NCBI GenBank assembly: GCA_963718895.1
Contig: CAVRAG010000008.1
Coordinates: 1,280,001 to 1,344,000 of the forward strand
Source of the DNA: an uncultured Nitrososphaerota archaeon
Lineage (GTDB): Archaea; Thermoproteota; Nitrososphaeria; Nitrososphaerales; Gagatemarchaeaceae
Direction of reading: 5' to 3'
DNA length: 64,000 bases
The first letter of the stretch is position 1. Each line of letters opens with the position of its first letter. The translations under genes and the position numbers were made by a program. Below, piece by piece: positions 19,768 through 28,963 of this stretch. A model generated the notes under the pieces. The model was not told the origin of the DNA. It ran no database searches and worked only from the letters and a program-made list of their open reading frames with translations.

Positions 19768-20598
19768 ATGCCAACGATTAAGACAAGGGATGGTACTCAA
19801 ATCTACTACAAGGACTGGGGGGCGGGACAGCCGATCGTCTTCAGTCACGGATGGCCGCTGAGCTCAGACGCCTGGGAGGATCAGATGCTGTTCGTGGCAT
19901 CGCATGGATACCGTTGCGTCGCGCACGATCGCCGAGGCCACGGCCGTTCGGACCAGCCGTGGAACGGGAACGATATGGACACCTACGCTGACGACCTCGC
20001 TGAGCTGGTCAAGCATCTCGACTTGAAGGACGCAGTTCACGTCGGTCATTCCACCGGAGGCGGCGAGGTCGCGCGCTACATAGGACGACACGGCACGAAG
20101 CGCGTCGCCAAGGCGGTGCTCATTGGGGCGGTCCCGCCCATCATGGTGAAGACGACGTCAAACCCGGGCGGTCTTCCGATCGAGATGTTCGATCAGATTC
20201 GCGCCAGCGTCCAGGCCGACCGCTCTCAGTTCTGGAAGGATCTGTCTGCGCCATTCTACGGGGCGAACCGGCCGAACTCTAAGGTCTCGGAGGGGTTGCG
20301 CGACTCTTTCTGGCTCCAGGGCATGATGGCCGGTCACAAGGCGGTCTACGACTGCATCAAGCAGTTCTCCGAGACCGACTTCACTGAAGATCTCAAGAAG
20401 ATCGATGTGCCAACCCTGATTCTGCATGGCGACGACGACCAGATAGTCCCGATCGCGGACTCGGCGATGCTCTCTGCCAAGCTGGTCAAGGGCGCCGTCC
20501 TGAAGGTGATCCCGGGGGCGCCCCACGGCATGTGCTCGACCCTCAAGGATACCGTCAACTCAGAGCTGCTGTCCTTCCTGAAGACAGGCCGTCCGTGA
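19768..20598 (+). CDS. Non-heme haloperoxidase-type alpha/beta hydrolase
   Basis: [32 protein letters not shown]. Confidence 0.92.
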   Translation: MPTIKTRDGTQIYYKDWGAGQPIVFSHGWPLSSDAWEDQMLFVASHGYRCVAHDRRGHGRSDQPWNGNDMDTYADDLAELVKHLDLKDAVHVGHSTGGGEVARYIGRHGTKRVAKAVLIGAVPPIMVKTTSNPGGLPIEMFDQIRASVQADRSQFWKDLSAPFYGANRPNSKVSEGLRDSFWLQGMMAGHKAVYDCIKQFSETDFTEDLKKIDVPTLILHGDDDQIVPIADSAMLSAKLVKGAVLKVIPGAPHGMCSTLKDTVNSELLSFLKTGRP

Positions 20599-20631
20599 GG
20601 GTGGTCGGATGATGTGGAGCTGATCTAGCCG

Positions 20632-21114
20632 ATGACTGACTCCGTCAGCAGAACACCCTCAATCCTGAAACCGGGCTCCAAGGCGCCAAGTTTCACTCTC
20701 AAGAGCACTCCGGACCAGAGCGTATCTCTCAGGGACTTCCTGGGCAGGCCAGTGGTACTCGCATTCTATCCGGCCGATTGGAGTCCGGTCTGCAGCGACC
20801 AGATGGGGCTCTACGCGCAGGTCATGTCAGAGTTCAAGAAGTTCAATGCGGAGGTTCTCGGAATCTCCGTAGACGGGGTCTGGTCTCATCTCGCATTCGC
20901 CAAGGACCGCAAGCTCAACTTCCCGCTTCTGTCCGACTTTGAGCCCAAAGGCGCGGTCTCGAAGATGTATGGGGCGTATGAGGCGCGGGTCGGTGAATCG
21001 GCGAGGGCGCTCTTCGTACTAGACCACAAGGGGATGATCAGATGGAGCATGCTCTCGCCCGACGGAGTCAATCCTGGCGCGGACGGGATACTCTCCGCCT
21101 TGGAGAAGCTTTGA
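20632..21114 (+). CDS. Peroxiredoxin (AhpC/TSA, AhpE-like)
   Basis: FYPADWSPVC, GISVD, FPLLSDF. Confidence 0.9.
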   Translation: MTDSVSRTPSILKPGSKAPSFTLKSTPDQSVSLRDFLGRPVVLAFYPADWSPVCSDQMGLYAQVMSEFKKFNAEVLGISVDGVWSHLAFAKDRKLNFPLLSDFEPKGAVSKMYGAYEARVGESARALFVLDHKGMIRWSMLSPDGVNPGADGILSALEKL

Positions 21115-21124
21115 GTGAGTCGCG

Positions 21125-21685
21125 ATGGCCCAGAACTACAGACCGCCCACGCTCACCCTGCCGATCGGAGAACGCGACCACTCCGAAGGGTCCTCTGATG
21201 CTCCAGTGGTGCTGGTCGAGTACGGAGACTATCAGTGTCCCTACTGCGGGGCGGCGTATCCCATCGTGAAAAGAATACAGAGGCAGCTCGGAACGAGGCT
21301 GCGATTCGTCTTCAGGAACTTCCCGATTACAAACTCCCACCCACAAGCGATGTGGGCGGCGGAGACTGCGGAGGCTGCGGCCGCCCAAGGGAAGTTCTGG
21401 GAGATGCACGATTACCTCTACGAGAATCAGCCATCGCTGGGAGACGTGGCCTTCTTCGCCGACTACGAGAAGAAGCTCAAGCTGGACGTGGCCAAGCTCG
21501 AGCGCGAGATCGCACAGCACACCCATTCGGCACGAATCCAGGAGGACTACATGAGCGGAATTAGGAGCGGCGTCAACGGCACGCCCACGTTCTTCATCAA
21601 CGGCCAGCGATACGACGGATATCCAGAGTTCGGTCCCCTGATCTCGGCCATTGAAGGCGCCGAGAAGTCAGGGAGGCACGAGTGA
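21125..21685 (+). CDS. DsbA-family thiol-disulfide oxidoreductase
   Basis: EYGDYQCPYC, FWEMHD, GVNGTPTFFING. Confidence 0.92.
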   Translation: MAQNYRPPTLTLPIGERDHSEGSSDAPVVLVEYGDYQCPYCGAAYPIVKRIQRQLGTRLRFVFRNFPITNSHPQAMWAAETAEAAAAQGKFWEMHDYLYENQPSLGDVAFFADYEKKLKLDVAKLEREIAQHTHSARIQEDYMSGIRSGVNGTPTFFINGQRYDGYPEFGPLISAIEGAEKSGRHE

Positions 21686-21839
21686 ACCTCGCCACAAGAC
21701 CTCCGCGCAGCCGAGCTGATAGTCTGGGACGGTTCATGGAGGGCCATAGTAGCTCACGAGAGAGACAACTATGACCGCAGCTAGCCGGTGCATTGACCGT
21801 TATCAAAAATAAAAAGGGGCTAATCTGGGTGCAAGCCAA

Positions 21840-21953
21840 GCGGTCGTCGTCCAGATCACACTTGAGGACAATCTGGTCTAGGACATAAGCCCTCCAAGCT
21901 TGTAATCCCGCAAAACGGGACAGGAGACCCGGGTTCAAATCCCGGCGACCGCA
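21840..21953 (+). tRNA. tRNA-Gly(TCC) with two non-canonical introns (15/16 at 21855-21871; 45/46 at 21905-21926)
   Basis: Acceptor GCGGTCG/CGACCGC+A; T-arm CCGGG-TTCAAAT-CCCGG; anticodon stem TAAGC/GCTTG; both inserts form bulge-helix-bulge-like motifs (GTCC/GGAC; CTTG/CAGG); position 33 reads C. Confidence 0.88.
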
Positions 21954-21996
21954 CATCTATCACATGAGACGGTCGGAGTTTGTAAAGACTCGTTGG

Positions 21997-22032
21997 GATT
22001 TGAACCTAAAGTCAGGTGCACAAACACCGCAC
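21997..22032 (+). repeat. att-like site S1
   Basis: GATTTGAACC-TAAAG-N14-ACCGCAC. Confidence 0.7.
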
Positions 22033-22505
22033 ACGACCTACTACAACGCAGCCCGCATATCTCCTCCGCCGAACAAGGAGTGGTTCCTGATGACCTTCTT
22101 CGGATTTCTCGTACTAGGGCTGTACTTCCTTGGGAAAATCGTCCGTAAGAAGCCCCCGAACCAATGAGATTCGGCTGGACATTCCATCGATCTGAAACAA
22201 CAAGAGAAGCGCTCTCCAGTCAATCAAAAAGTAAGTCGATAATCTAGCCCAGTTGAGCTGGGTGCGGTTAGGTGTATCCTCCCACCGGGCACCCATGATA
22301 TTCAACTTCTTCAACTTCTTCAGGGCCGAAAACAAGACAGGCGACGGGAAGATGAATGAGGAGAACGGATATCGGGTCACTATGCCCTTCATGGTGACTG
22401 TCCTTTGCGCACATCTCAACGGCAGGATCTGACTGAGAGCGGGCCCGGAACTGAGGTGATCCGACTCACCTTTCGATTGACTGACAGTCCCTGGAGGGCG
22501 GCGTC

Positions 22506-22554
22506 GTCGAGGCTCTTGATCACGTATCCGATGGTCGAGGCTCTTGACCACGTA
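22506..22554. repeat. Short tandem duplication, period 28 nt
   Basis: GTCGAGGCTCTTGATCACGTA / GTCGAGGCTCTTGACCACGTA. Confidence 0.7.
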
Positions 22555-23311
22555 GCCTGCCCCCCAGCTCATTCTCCGCGTGCTGAAAAGACGCGGTTTC
22601 GGTTCTTGTCTTGAATCCCTTGGCCGCTGATTCCTGATGTTTTGAATCCCTCATGTCTAACAACCATGACCCGACGAATGGGATGCTGATGAAGATGCCG
22701 ACGACCAGTGCGATTATCACCACCACCTCATATTCCCAGCCGGGGATGGAATCACTCGGCTTCGCATCCGCGCTCGTCGCAGTTTGAGGTGCTGTCCAAT
22801 TTGACGTTGTGGTGGATGTGATCGTCGAGACTACTTGGATAGCTATTCCCATCAACAGATTACCCTGCGAGTAAATGGTGAGAACGTAATCGCCCGGAGT
22901 CGTAGGTGCGGTTATCTTGTAGAGCGCGGTGATGTTTCCTGTAACTCCGCTGAGGTTGTATGGGGAGAGAGCAATGACACTCGTGGGGCTGAACGTGAAC
23001 TTGGCGTTGTCGGACTGGTTCGACTCCCACAGCTGGAGTTGCGGGACTACGCCCGTGGAGTGCACGTCCCACGTGCTGACGAGGAGGTGGAACGTGCTTC
23101 CGACCATTATGTGGCTGAAGTAGACCCCGGCTTCACCGTCTCCTGTACGGTTGACGTAGACTTCGATTCCGTTGTTGTGGCAGTAGCAGCCATTGTCCCG
23201 GCTCGGCGTACCGTGCGAGAAGCTGCTCTGGGTCCAGACACCATACGTCGTTACCGTGACGCCCAGGAGCAATACTGTCAGACCAATCGTGTACATCCTT
23301 CGTTTGATCAT
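22520..23311 (-). CDS. Secreted, C-terminally membrane-anchored protein with GCxCH motif (Reeler-like)
   Basis: N-terminal hydrophobic signal, NGCYCHN, Ig-like strand pattern, Thr-rich linker, C-terminal TM. Confidence 0.6.
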   Translation of the reverse strand: MIKRRMYTIGLTVLLLGVTVTTYGVWTQSSFSHGTPSRDNGCYCHNNGIEVYVNRTGDGEAGVYFSHIMVGSTFHLLVSTWDVHSTGVVPQLQLWESNQSDNAKFTFSPTSVIALSPYNLSGVTGNITALYKITAPTTPGDYVLTIYSQGNLLMGIAIQVVSTITSTTTSNWTAPQTATSADAKPSDSIPGWEYEVVVIIALVVGIFISIPFVGSWLLDMRDSKHQESAAKGFKTRTETASFQHAENELGGRLRGQEPRPSDT

Positions 23312-23477
23312 TGCCGGTCGCTCCTCAAGAAGCTAAAGAGACGAAGCGGAACGGCTTCGAGAAGACCCTCGATTGTGTTCGGAGGACTTCGGAGCCTGAT
23401 TCCTGTCTCCTTGTCCGCAGTACCTTCATTGGTTGCAACTCGAAGTTGCGTCTTGAGGTGGCGTATCGCGGAATCAA

Positions 23478-23867
23478 CTATGACACCATGCTCCTAACAA
23501 GATCCGTTACAGGCGAATGGCATAACTTGTAGAACACCCATCTCTCCCTCTTGCTTCTTTGAAGCAGTCCAACTCGTTCAAGGATCCCCAAGTGATGAGA
23601 CATGGTCGGCTGCGTCATCTGTAGAGCAGACTCTAGCTCACAGACGCACATCTCTCTCTTCGACAGTAGCAGGATGATCTTGATTCTGCTGGGCTCGCCT
23701 ATTGCTCTAAGGATTCTCTCAGCCGACCGAATCTTCTCTGCGTACTCTGGCGACAAGATAGCTGCGCCATCAGCCATAGCAATTCTAACGTCTTCAGGTT
23801 GACAAAACCCAACAGCAACCAACCGATTGACAGATTTGTGGTGAGATACCTTCACCAACTCTTGCAC
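23478..23867 (-). CDS. ArsR/SmtB family transcriptional regulator
   Basis: RIKIILLL..EMCVCEL..TQPTMSHHL..L; true start uncertain. Confidence 0.88.
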   Translation of the reverse strand: MQELVKVSHHKSVNRLVAVGFCQPEDVRIAMADGAAILSPEYAEKIRSAERILRAIGEPSRIKIILLLSKREMCVCELESALQMTQPTMSHHLGILERVGLLQRSKRERWVFYKLCHSPVTDLVRSMVS

Positions 23868-24199
23868 CTCCTCGAACCAACCAACTGAATGAGGTCTGCA
23901 AACCCGGTCTCATGCGTCATCATACAGGTCACTTTCATCGAATTGGGTGTCTCCAACCAGACTCGGTTGAGCTGCAAATTCGAATTTAGTTTGTTGCAGG
24001 GCTTGTTGTGGAGAAGCGGCAGAACTAGGCAGGCAATCGTCGAAGTCTCACTCGATAGACTCGAAGGCAACGTTCATGCGTGTGAAGCTCATATTCACGC
24101 ATATAAATACATGGAAGCTCTTTCTCAAAAATGAGAATCCTCCGAATGTTGTGGTGGCAAAACCCCAACGCGTTAGGGATGCCATTTATGCCATACTAG

Positions 24200-24454
24200 A
24201 TGAGACTGGGGACCTCACTGAACACGGTCTTCAGGTACGTCGGTCAGACGCTCGGGTCCCCCACGGCCGGAGCTATCCTTTCGACGTTCGTCGCCGGCTA
24301 CTCGGTCAGTGGTCACGTGCTCAGCCTTCCGACCAGAGCCGCGTTTCATTTCTGCTCTTACGTCCCCGTGGTCGCTTTCCTAGCGGTAGGGCTGCTCTCG
24401 ATATTCGCCAGAGAAGTCATCGGGAAAAATGAGGACAAGGGCCACGCCATCTGA
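24200..24454 (+). pseudogene. C-terminal fragment of an MFS transporter
   Basis: GTSLNTVFRYVGQTLG..AGAIL and a final TM helix, with no upstream domain. Confidence 0.6.
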
Positions 24455-24656
24455 CTCTTCCCCCGGTCCTTGTGCGACTATCTCATGACATCCTTTGGCT
24501 TCGTAGTGGAGAGACTCGTCTCCTCGTCGCTTAGGAAGTTGTAGAAAGGGATGCGCCCTTCTTGTGTTACAAGGATTCCCCGGCCCTATCTTGGCGTTGA
24601 CGATTAACTTCTCCTCGCCGTCGCTGAGGCTGATTGCCTCCTTGAGTTCTGCGTGC

Positions 24657-24692
24657 AATCTGAACCTAAAGTTCAGCTTGCGGCGACCGCAC
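24657..24692 (+). repeat. att-like site S2
   Basis: AATCTGAACC-TAAAG-N14-ACCGCAC; ends CGGCGACCGCAC, identical to the tRNA 3' end. Confidence 0.75.
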
Positions 24693-24775
24693 CTATTCAT
24701 CTGAAATCGGTCCCTTGAGGACGCGTTGCCTTGTTTGCTCTACCAAGTTTGGGTCCTTACTGACGAAATCTTCGG

Positions 24776-26002
24776 TTACTGCAGAGCGCGCTGGGGTGGA
24801 GGAGTAGGAAGTGGCTTCTTGCGCGTCCTAACTAACACTAAGGCTGCGGCAACCGCCACAACGACCACCACCACGCCCACACCCACAATGCTCGATATTG
24901 GAAATGACAGAGGAGTTGGACTCGCAGTGGTGACAGAAGACGTAGGCAGCGGCGTGGTCAAAGCACTAGTTGTGGGAGTTAGGGTAACTGTTGGAGTCGA
25001 GCTTTGAGACGGAGACGCAGTTGAATTTGAAAACGGAGTTGCCAATGGAACGATTTTACTCAAGTCTATCGGCGTTTGGACCGACGGCGTCCACTGTGAG
25101 GGATCATTTGGGTTGGCGTTGGCGGTGTTGCCGACGTAGACTTGCAGCCGACCCGCCAAGGGCGATGATGGGTCAACGTATGCGTATGGATCTACAACCG
25201 CCTGCGCCTCAGAGAGCGGATAACTGACAAATACAACTCCATCTTGAGCTTCAATCTCAGCAGTTACTCTGACATCTACACCAATTGTTAAGAAAAAGAG
25301 TGGGGGAGAGAAACCATTTCCAGAGTATGAGGAGGAAAGTGTTCCCTCAGGAGAGCCGACATTCTGATCCGCGTAGGGACCTATTCCTTCGGCAAACTGC
25401 GCCACCGCCGGGGTACCGATACCCGCAACTGATACCCCGAAGCTGATGAATCCCTGCGCTAATGCATCTCCCCCCGTAGGGGTCATAGAGAAGCTGTAGT
25501 TGAGGTCAACAGGGATATTGACCTCAACCTTTGGAGAATCAAAAGGTCTTCCCGTTGTCTTGTTGAAGATTAGATATTGCCAATTTTCTAATTCCGCGTC
25601 TGCACTGCCCATTACATTGCTACCAAGTGACGGCGCACTTGCAGAGGCGATGGCTGTGGCCATCGGTTCATTCCCGTTGGCATAGATGGCTGCCTCCCCC
25701 ACTAATTGGCCGGGGCCCTGTACATTGCCCACAGAATCGCTGATACCCGAAGGCCACGTCAGGCTACTGGATAGGTCCTCATAGCCGCTTGCATACAAGA
25801 AGTGTTCGGAATTGGCGAGGGTATTGGCGAAGGGGTTGCAGGACCCTACATTTGGATCCAAAGTTACTGTTGCTGGGGGTATTGTTTGGGCATGCGCGCT
25901 ATGAAGTAGAAGGCTACTTGAAATGAAAACCGATATCAAGAGGACAGCCGTAACCGATGTCTTCAACCTCAGGCGAAATCTTCGCCCTGAAATGGTCAAC
26001 AT
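24776..26002 (-). CDS. Hypothetical secreted surface protein with Ser/Thr/Pro linker and C-terminal TM anchor
   Basis: Signal peptide ending AHA-Q, low-complexity linker, hydrophobic helix followed by basic RTRKK. Confidence 0.75.
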   Translation of the reverse strand: MLTISGRRFRLRLKTSVTAVLLISVFISSSLLLHSAHAQTIPPATVTLDPNVGSCNPFANTLANSEHFLYASGYEDLSSSLTWPSGISDSVGNVQGPGQLVGEAAIYANGNEPMATAIASASAPSLGSNVMGSADAELENWQYLIFNKTTGRPFDSPKVEVNIPVDLNYSFSMTPTGGDALAQGFISFGVSVAGIGTPAVAQFAEGIGPYADQNVGSPEGTLSSSYSGNGFSPPLFFLTIGVDVRVTAEIEAQDGVVFVSYPLSEAQAVVDPYAYVDPSSPLAGRLQVYVGNTANANPNDPSQWTPSVQTPIDLSKIVPLATPFSNSTASPSQSSTPTVTLTPTTSALTTPLPTSSVTTASPTPLSFPISSIVGVGVVVVVVAVAAALVLVRTRKKPLPTPPPQRALQ

Positions 26003-26335
26003 GCTTCACCTCGCCCAAGCTGGAATGGCATCCGGGCAATCAGAATCCAAAAAGCGAGGACCAGAATCGAGGCAGAAGTGAAAAGTACCGTTGAGAGGGC
26101 GGATGTCGTCGCCAGAGCCGCGAGCGTCGCGTAGCCGCCAATTCGACAGAGCCTCTTGCGGGCCGAATCTTCAGTTTCGGCCTTGGACTCATCTGTACCG
26201 TGTTGGCCTAGGCCAACCGGCGTGCTCATTGTTCAGAAGCCTGGTTGTGACGAGGCAATTGGAGTATTAAAACCAACACCACGATTCTCAGAATTGGGAA
26301 GCCCAACGCCTGTACCGCTTGGAACCCTCGTGTGC

Positions 26336-26371
26336 GATTTGAACCTAGAGTGTGATGCTCGACGACCGCAC
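26336..26371 (+). repeat. att-like site S3
   Basis: GATTTGAACC-TAGAG-N14-ACCGCAC (CGACCGCAC). Confidence 0.75.
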
Positions 26372-26426
26372 CTATCCCAACCTCCCACGTGCGCGGAAGC
26401 GTGGGCAAGAACGCGCGCAACCGGTA

Positions 26427-26882
26427 ATGCAAGCGACATACTATTATTTGGTGAGAAAGCATACAGCAGAGAGATTGGGAGAGTCGTTAGTCTTGGGAGT
26501 AGAAAATGTGTTCAAAATAGCGACGACCTACGCCGTAGTTCGCGGGTTCCTGACAAGCAACGGTTGGGAACTCCAGGGAAAGGATGAGGAAATGGAGATG
26601 GACTCGTTCAGAAACAAGAAGACAGGGAAGAAGCTGTTCGTCGAGGAGATTTCGGAGGACTTTCCAGTGACCTTTCTTATGGGCGAGCTTAGCATGGCGG
26701 AGTTCGGGAACATCGCTAGTGAACTGACGCCGGAAATCGAGTTACTTGAAGTCGACAGTAGTTGGGAAGGCAAACCGACGACCATCGTGTGCGCGATGAC
26801 AGAAGAGCAAGTTAGGAGCATGTTCGGCAGAAGAACGAGGATGAGAAAGGTTGCGGTTCACCGCACGGCGTCACAGATTTGA
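26427..26882 (+). CDS. Hypothetical protein filling the S3-S4 cassette
   Basis: Single ORF; its TGA stop lies within the GATTTGAACC arm of S4; start uncertain (26352 or 26427). Confidence 0.6.
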   Translation: MQATYYYLVRKHTAERLGESLVLGVENVFKIATTYAVVRGFLTSNGWELQGKDEEMEMDSFRNKKTGKKLFVEEISEDFPVTFLMGELSMAEFGNIASELTPEIELLEVDSSWEGKPTTIVCAMTEEQVRSMFGRRTRMRKVAVHRTASQI

Positions 26883-26913
26883 ACCTGAAGGTCTAAATTC
26901 CCGGCGACCGCAC
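26876..26913 (+). repeat. att-like site S4 (outer attR)
   Basis: GATTTGAACC-TGAAG-GTCTAAATTCCCGGCG-ACCGCAC; 15-nt exact match to the tRNA-Gly 3' end. Confidence 0.85.
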
Positions 26914-27062
26914 TTCTCCTTTCACAATGCAACCTCCCTGGCGTCCAGGATTGCGTGAGAATCCGAACGACCTAGGTTCCTCTGGAGTCCGTCGTCATGT
27001 CCGGCACGCACTCGCATGAAGGCCTAGTGTGGAGTTCGAGCAGATGCAGAGCGGATGCGTCG

Positions 27063-27857
27063 TCAACCTTTCACCAGGCTGAAGACCAAGAAGAACGGGA
27101 GCCTGAAGGCCACCCCGTTCTCTGGATGCTGGACTACCTGCGACCGGGTCGGGCGCGGCTCGTAAATCCGTTGTATCACAAATCCTGCGTGCTCAATCAT
27201 GGAGCTCCAGTCCTCGAGCGTGAACCTGTAGCTCAAGGTACTCCAGTGGTGCTTCAGGCGTTGCATGTTCCACGGAACTACGTATTCTCCCTTCTCAAAA
27301 TAGCGATCTATCTTCAACGCGAGGTACTCACCCTTCTCGTTCGTCTCCCATTCTCTGAAGGCGGTGCTGTTGGTCGGATGAACGATGGAGAAGGCCATTC
27401 TGCCGTCCTTCGCCAGGACTCTGTAGGAGGCTCGAAGGACCATCTCTGGGTCAGCCATGTCATGCAGCGACATGCAGGCCACCGCCAGGTCGAAAGCGCC
27501 CCGCTGCCACGCTTCATCGACCCTGGCCGCGTCCATGACTCGGTATTGAATTCCCAGGGGATGTTTCTTCTCGTGGGCTAGGGCGAGATCGATACTCTTC
27601 TCAGCTATGTCGACGCCGATGACGTTCGCCCCTCTTCCTGAAAGCCTGCGGGAGAAGAACCCCTGGCCGCATCCGAGGTCGAGCACCCTAAGCCCCCTCA
27701 CGCTGCCGCACGCGCGGAGCAAGGCGGGTCCGTGGACCTGCAAGCGGGAGTAGTCCAAGCCACCTTCGATGAACTCATTCCACACGACGGCCACGCGATT
27801 CCAGGTGTCTCGGACGCGTCGAGTGGCCTCCGAATCCCTATCGTCAGGCTTGCGCAA
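27063..27857 (-). CDS. Class I SAM-dependent methyltransferase
   Basis: VLDLGCGQG, GVDIA, FDLAV, L..DGR. Confidence 0.9.
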   Translation of the reverse strand: MRKPDDRDSEATRRVRDTWNRVAVVWNEFIEGGLDYSRLQVHGPALLRACGSVRGLRVLDLGCGQGFFSRRLSGRGANVIGVDIAEKSIDLALAHEKKHPLGIQYRVMDAARVDEAWQRGAFDLAVACMSLHDMADPEMVLRASYRVLAKDGRMAFSIVHPTNSTAFREWETNEKGEYLALKIDRYFEKGEYVVPWNMQRLKHHWSTLSYRFTLEDWSSMIEHAGFVIQRIYEPRPTRSQVVQHPENGVAFRLPFFLVFSLVKG

Positions 27858-28048
27858 TCTCGAACCTGCTGGTTTGCGACCTGGGCAAGATAAGACTTGC
27901 AGATCCGGCTGGCGTGATGGTGGAGGATCGCTCTCTCTGTGGGCCCGTCAGATTCATTAGTCGACCCACGACGGCCGTTGATTGACAGCTGGATGTCGCC
28001 GCAACTATCTTCGTTCGGGATTTCGGGTGGGTCGACGGGTAGTGCGCC

Positions 28049-28963
28049 TTGATTACTACGGAGAACCTGACCAAGAAGTTCGGCGATACTGCCGCTGTCG
28101 AGGGGCTGACCCTCGACGTCAAGGAAGGCGAGGTCTTCGGGTTCCTCGGCCCTAACGGAGCAGGGAAGACGACCACCGTCCGGATGCTTACGTGTCTCGT
28201 GTCGAAGACGAGCGGAGATGCGACGGTAGACGGTTACGATATCAGTAGGAGCGCCGATCTACAGAAGATCAGGAAGATCATAGGGCTGCTGCCCGAGAGC
28301 GTCGGTATGTACGACGACCTCAGCGCGTACAAGAACCTGGACTACTACGGGCGACTCCACGAGTGCCCGGAGAATCAGAGGAAGGAGCGCATCGAGCACT
28401 TCCTCAAGCTCCTCGGGCTCTGGGAGAAGAAGGACCTCGCCGCCGGCACGTTCTCGAAGGGGATGAAGCAGAAGCTTGCCATCGCCCGCGCCCTGATCCA
28501 CGACCCCAAGGTCCTCTTCCTTGACGAGCCGACGGCCAACCTCGATCCAGAGTCTTCAAAGACGGTGAGGGATTTCATCCTCGAGCTGAAGAAGGAGAAG
28601 AGGACCATCTTCATCAACACCCACAACCTCGACGAGGCAGAGAAGGTCTGCGACAGGGTCGGGATCCTGAAGACCAGACTGGTCGCGCTAGGGGGGACCA
28701 AACAGCTGGTCGAGTCGCTCTGGGGGAGGAGGACTGTGGTCCTGCTTACGAAGGTCGAAGACTCGATCGTCGCGGCGGTGAGAAGAGTCGGGCCCAGAAG
28801 CGTCGTGGTGGACGGCAACCGTCTGATCATAGACGTGGTCGACCCGGTCGAGGACAACCCTCGGATGGTCGATGCCATAGTCGCGGCCGGAGGCCGCATC
28901 CAGGGCGTAACCGAGCTTCTGCCGTCGCTCGAAGACGTCTATCTGAGGCTTGTGAGGAGCTGA
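28049..28963 (+). CDS. ABC transporter ATP-binding protein
   Basis: GPNGAGKTT, FSKGMKQK, LFLDEPT, H-loop. Confidence 0.95.
   Translation: MITTENLTKKFGDTAAVEGLTLDVKEGEVFGFLGPNGAGKTTTVRMLTCLVSKTSGDATVDGYDISRSADLQKIRKIIGLLPESVGMYDDLSAYKNLDYYGRLHECPENQRKERIEHFLKLLGLWEKKDLAAGTFSKGMKQKLAIARALIHDPKVLFLDEPTANLDPESSKTVRDFILELKKEKRTIFINTHNLDEAEKVCDRVGILKTRLVALGGTKQLVESLWGRRTVVLLTKVEDSIVAAVRRVGPRSVVVDGNRLIIDVVDPVEDNPRMVDAIVAAGGRIQGVTELLPSLEDVYLRLVRS

Larger units (their letters stand above)
21954..26913. mobile_element. Integrase-less genomic island / tandem cassette array anchored at the tRNA-Gly 3' end
   Basis: Four att-like sites ending in the tRNA 3' sequence; lower GC; accessory and fragmentary genes; distal site repeats TCCCGGCGACCGCAC exactly. 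Confidence 0.75.

Noticed and set aside
21891-21897. Reading the tRNA at 21840 as tRNA-Trp(CCA)
   Set aside because: The stem register TAAGC/GCTTG centres TCC, and the acceptor sequence is Gly-type.
26852-26866. Extra ACCGCAC inside the cassette ORF
   Set aside because: No GATTYGAACC arm at the expected distance; likely chance.
21997-26913. Repeats S1-S4 as a CRISPR array or as canonical integron attC sites
   Set aside because: Spacing is irregular and up to kb-scale, no cas genes are visible, and there are no RYYYAAC..GTTRRRY ends or IntI gene; only an analogy is claimed.
27855-27882. AATCTCGAACCTGCTGGTTTGCGACC as a fifth Gly att site
   Set aside because: Wrong spacing, no ACCGCAC terminus, and it lies beyond the outer attR.
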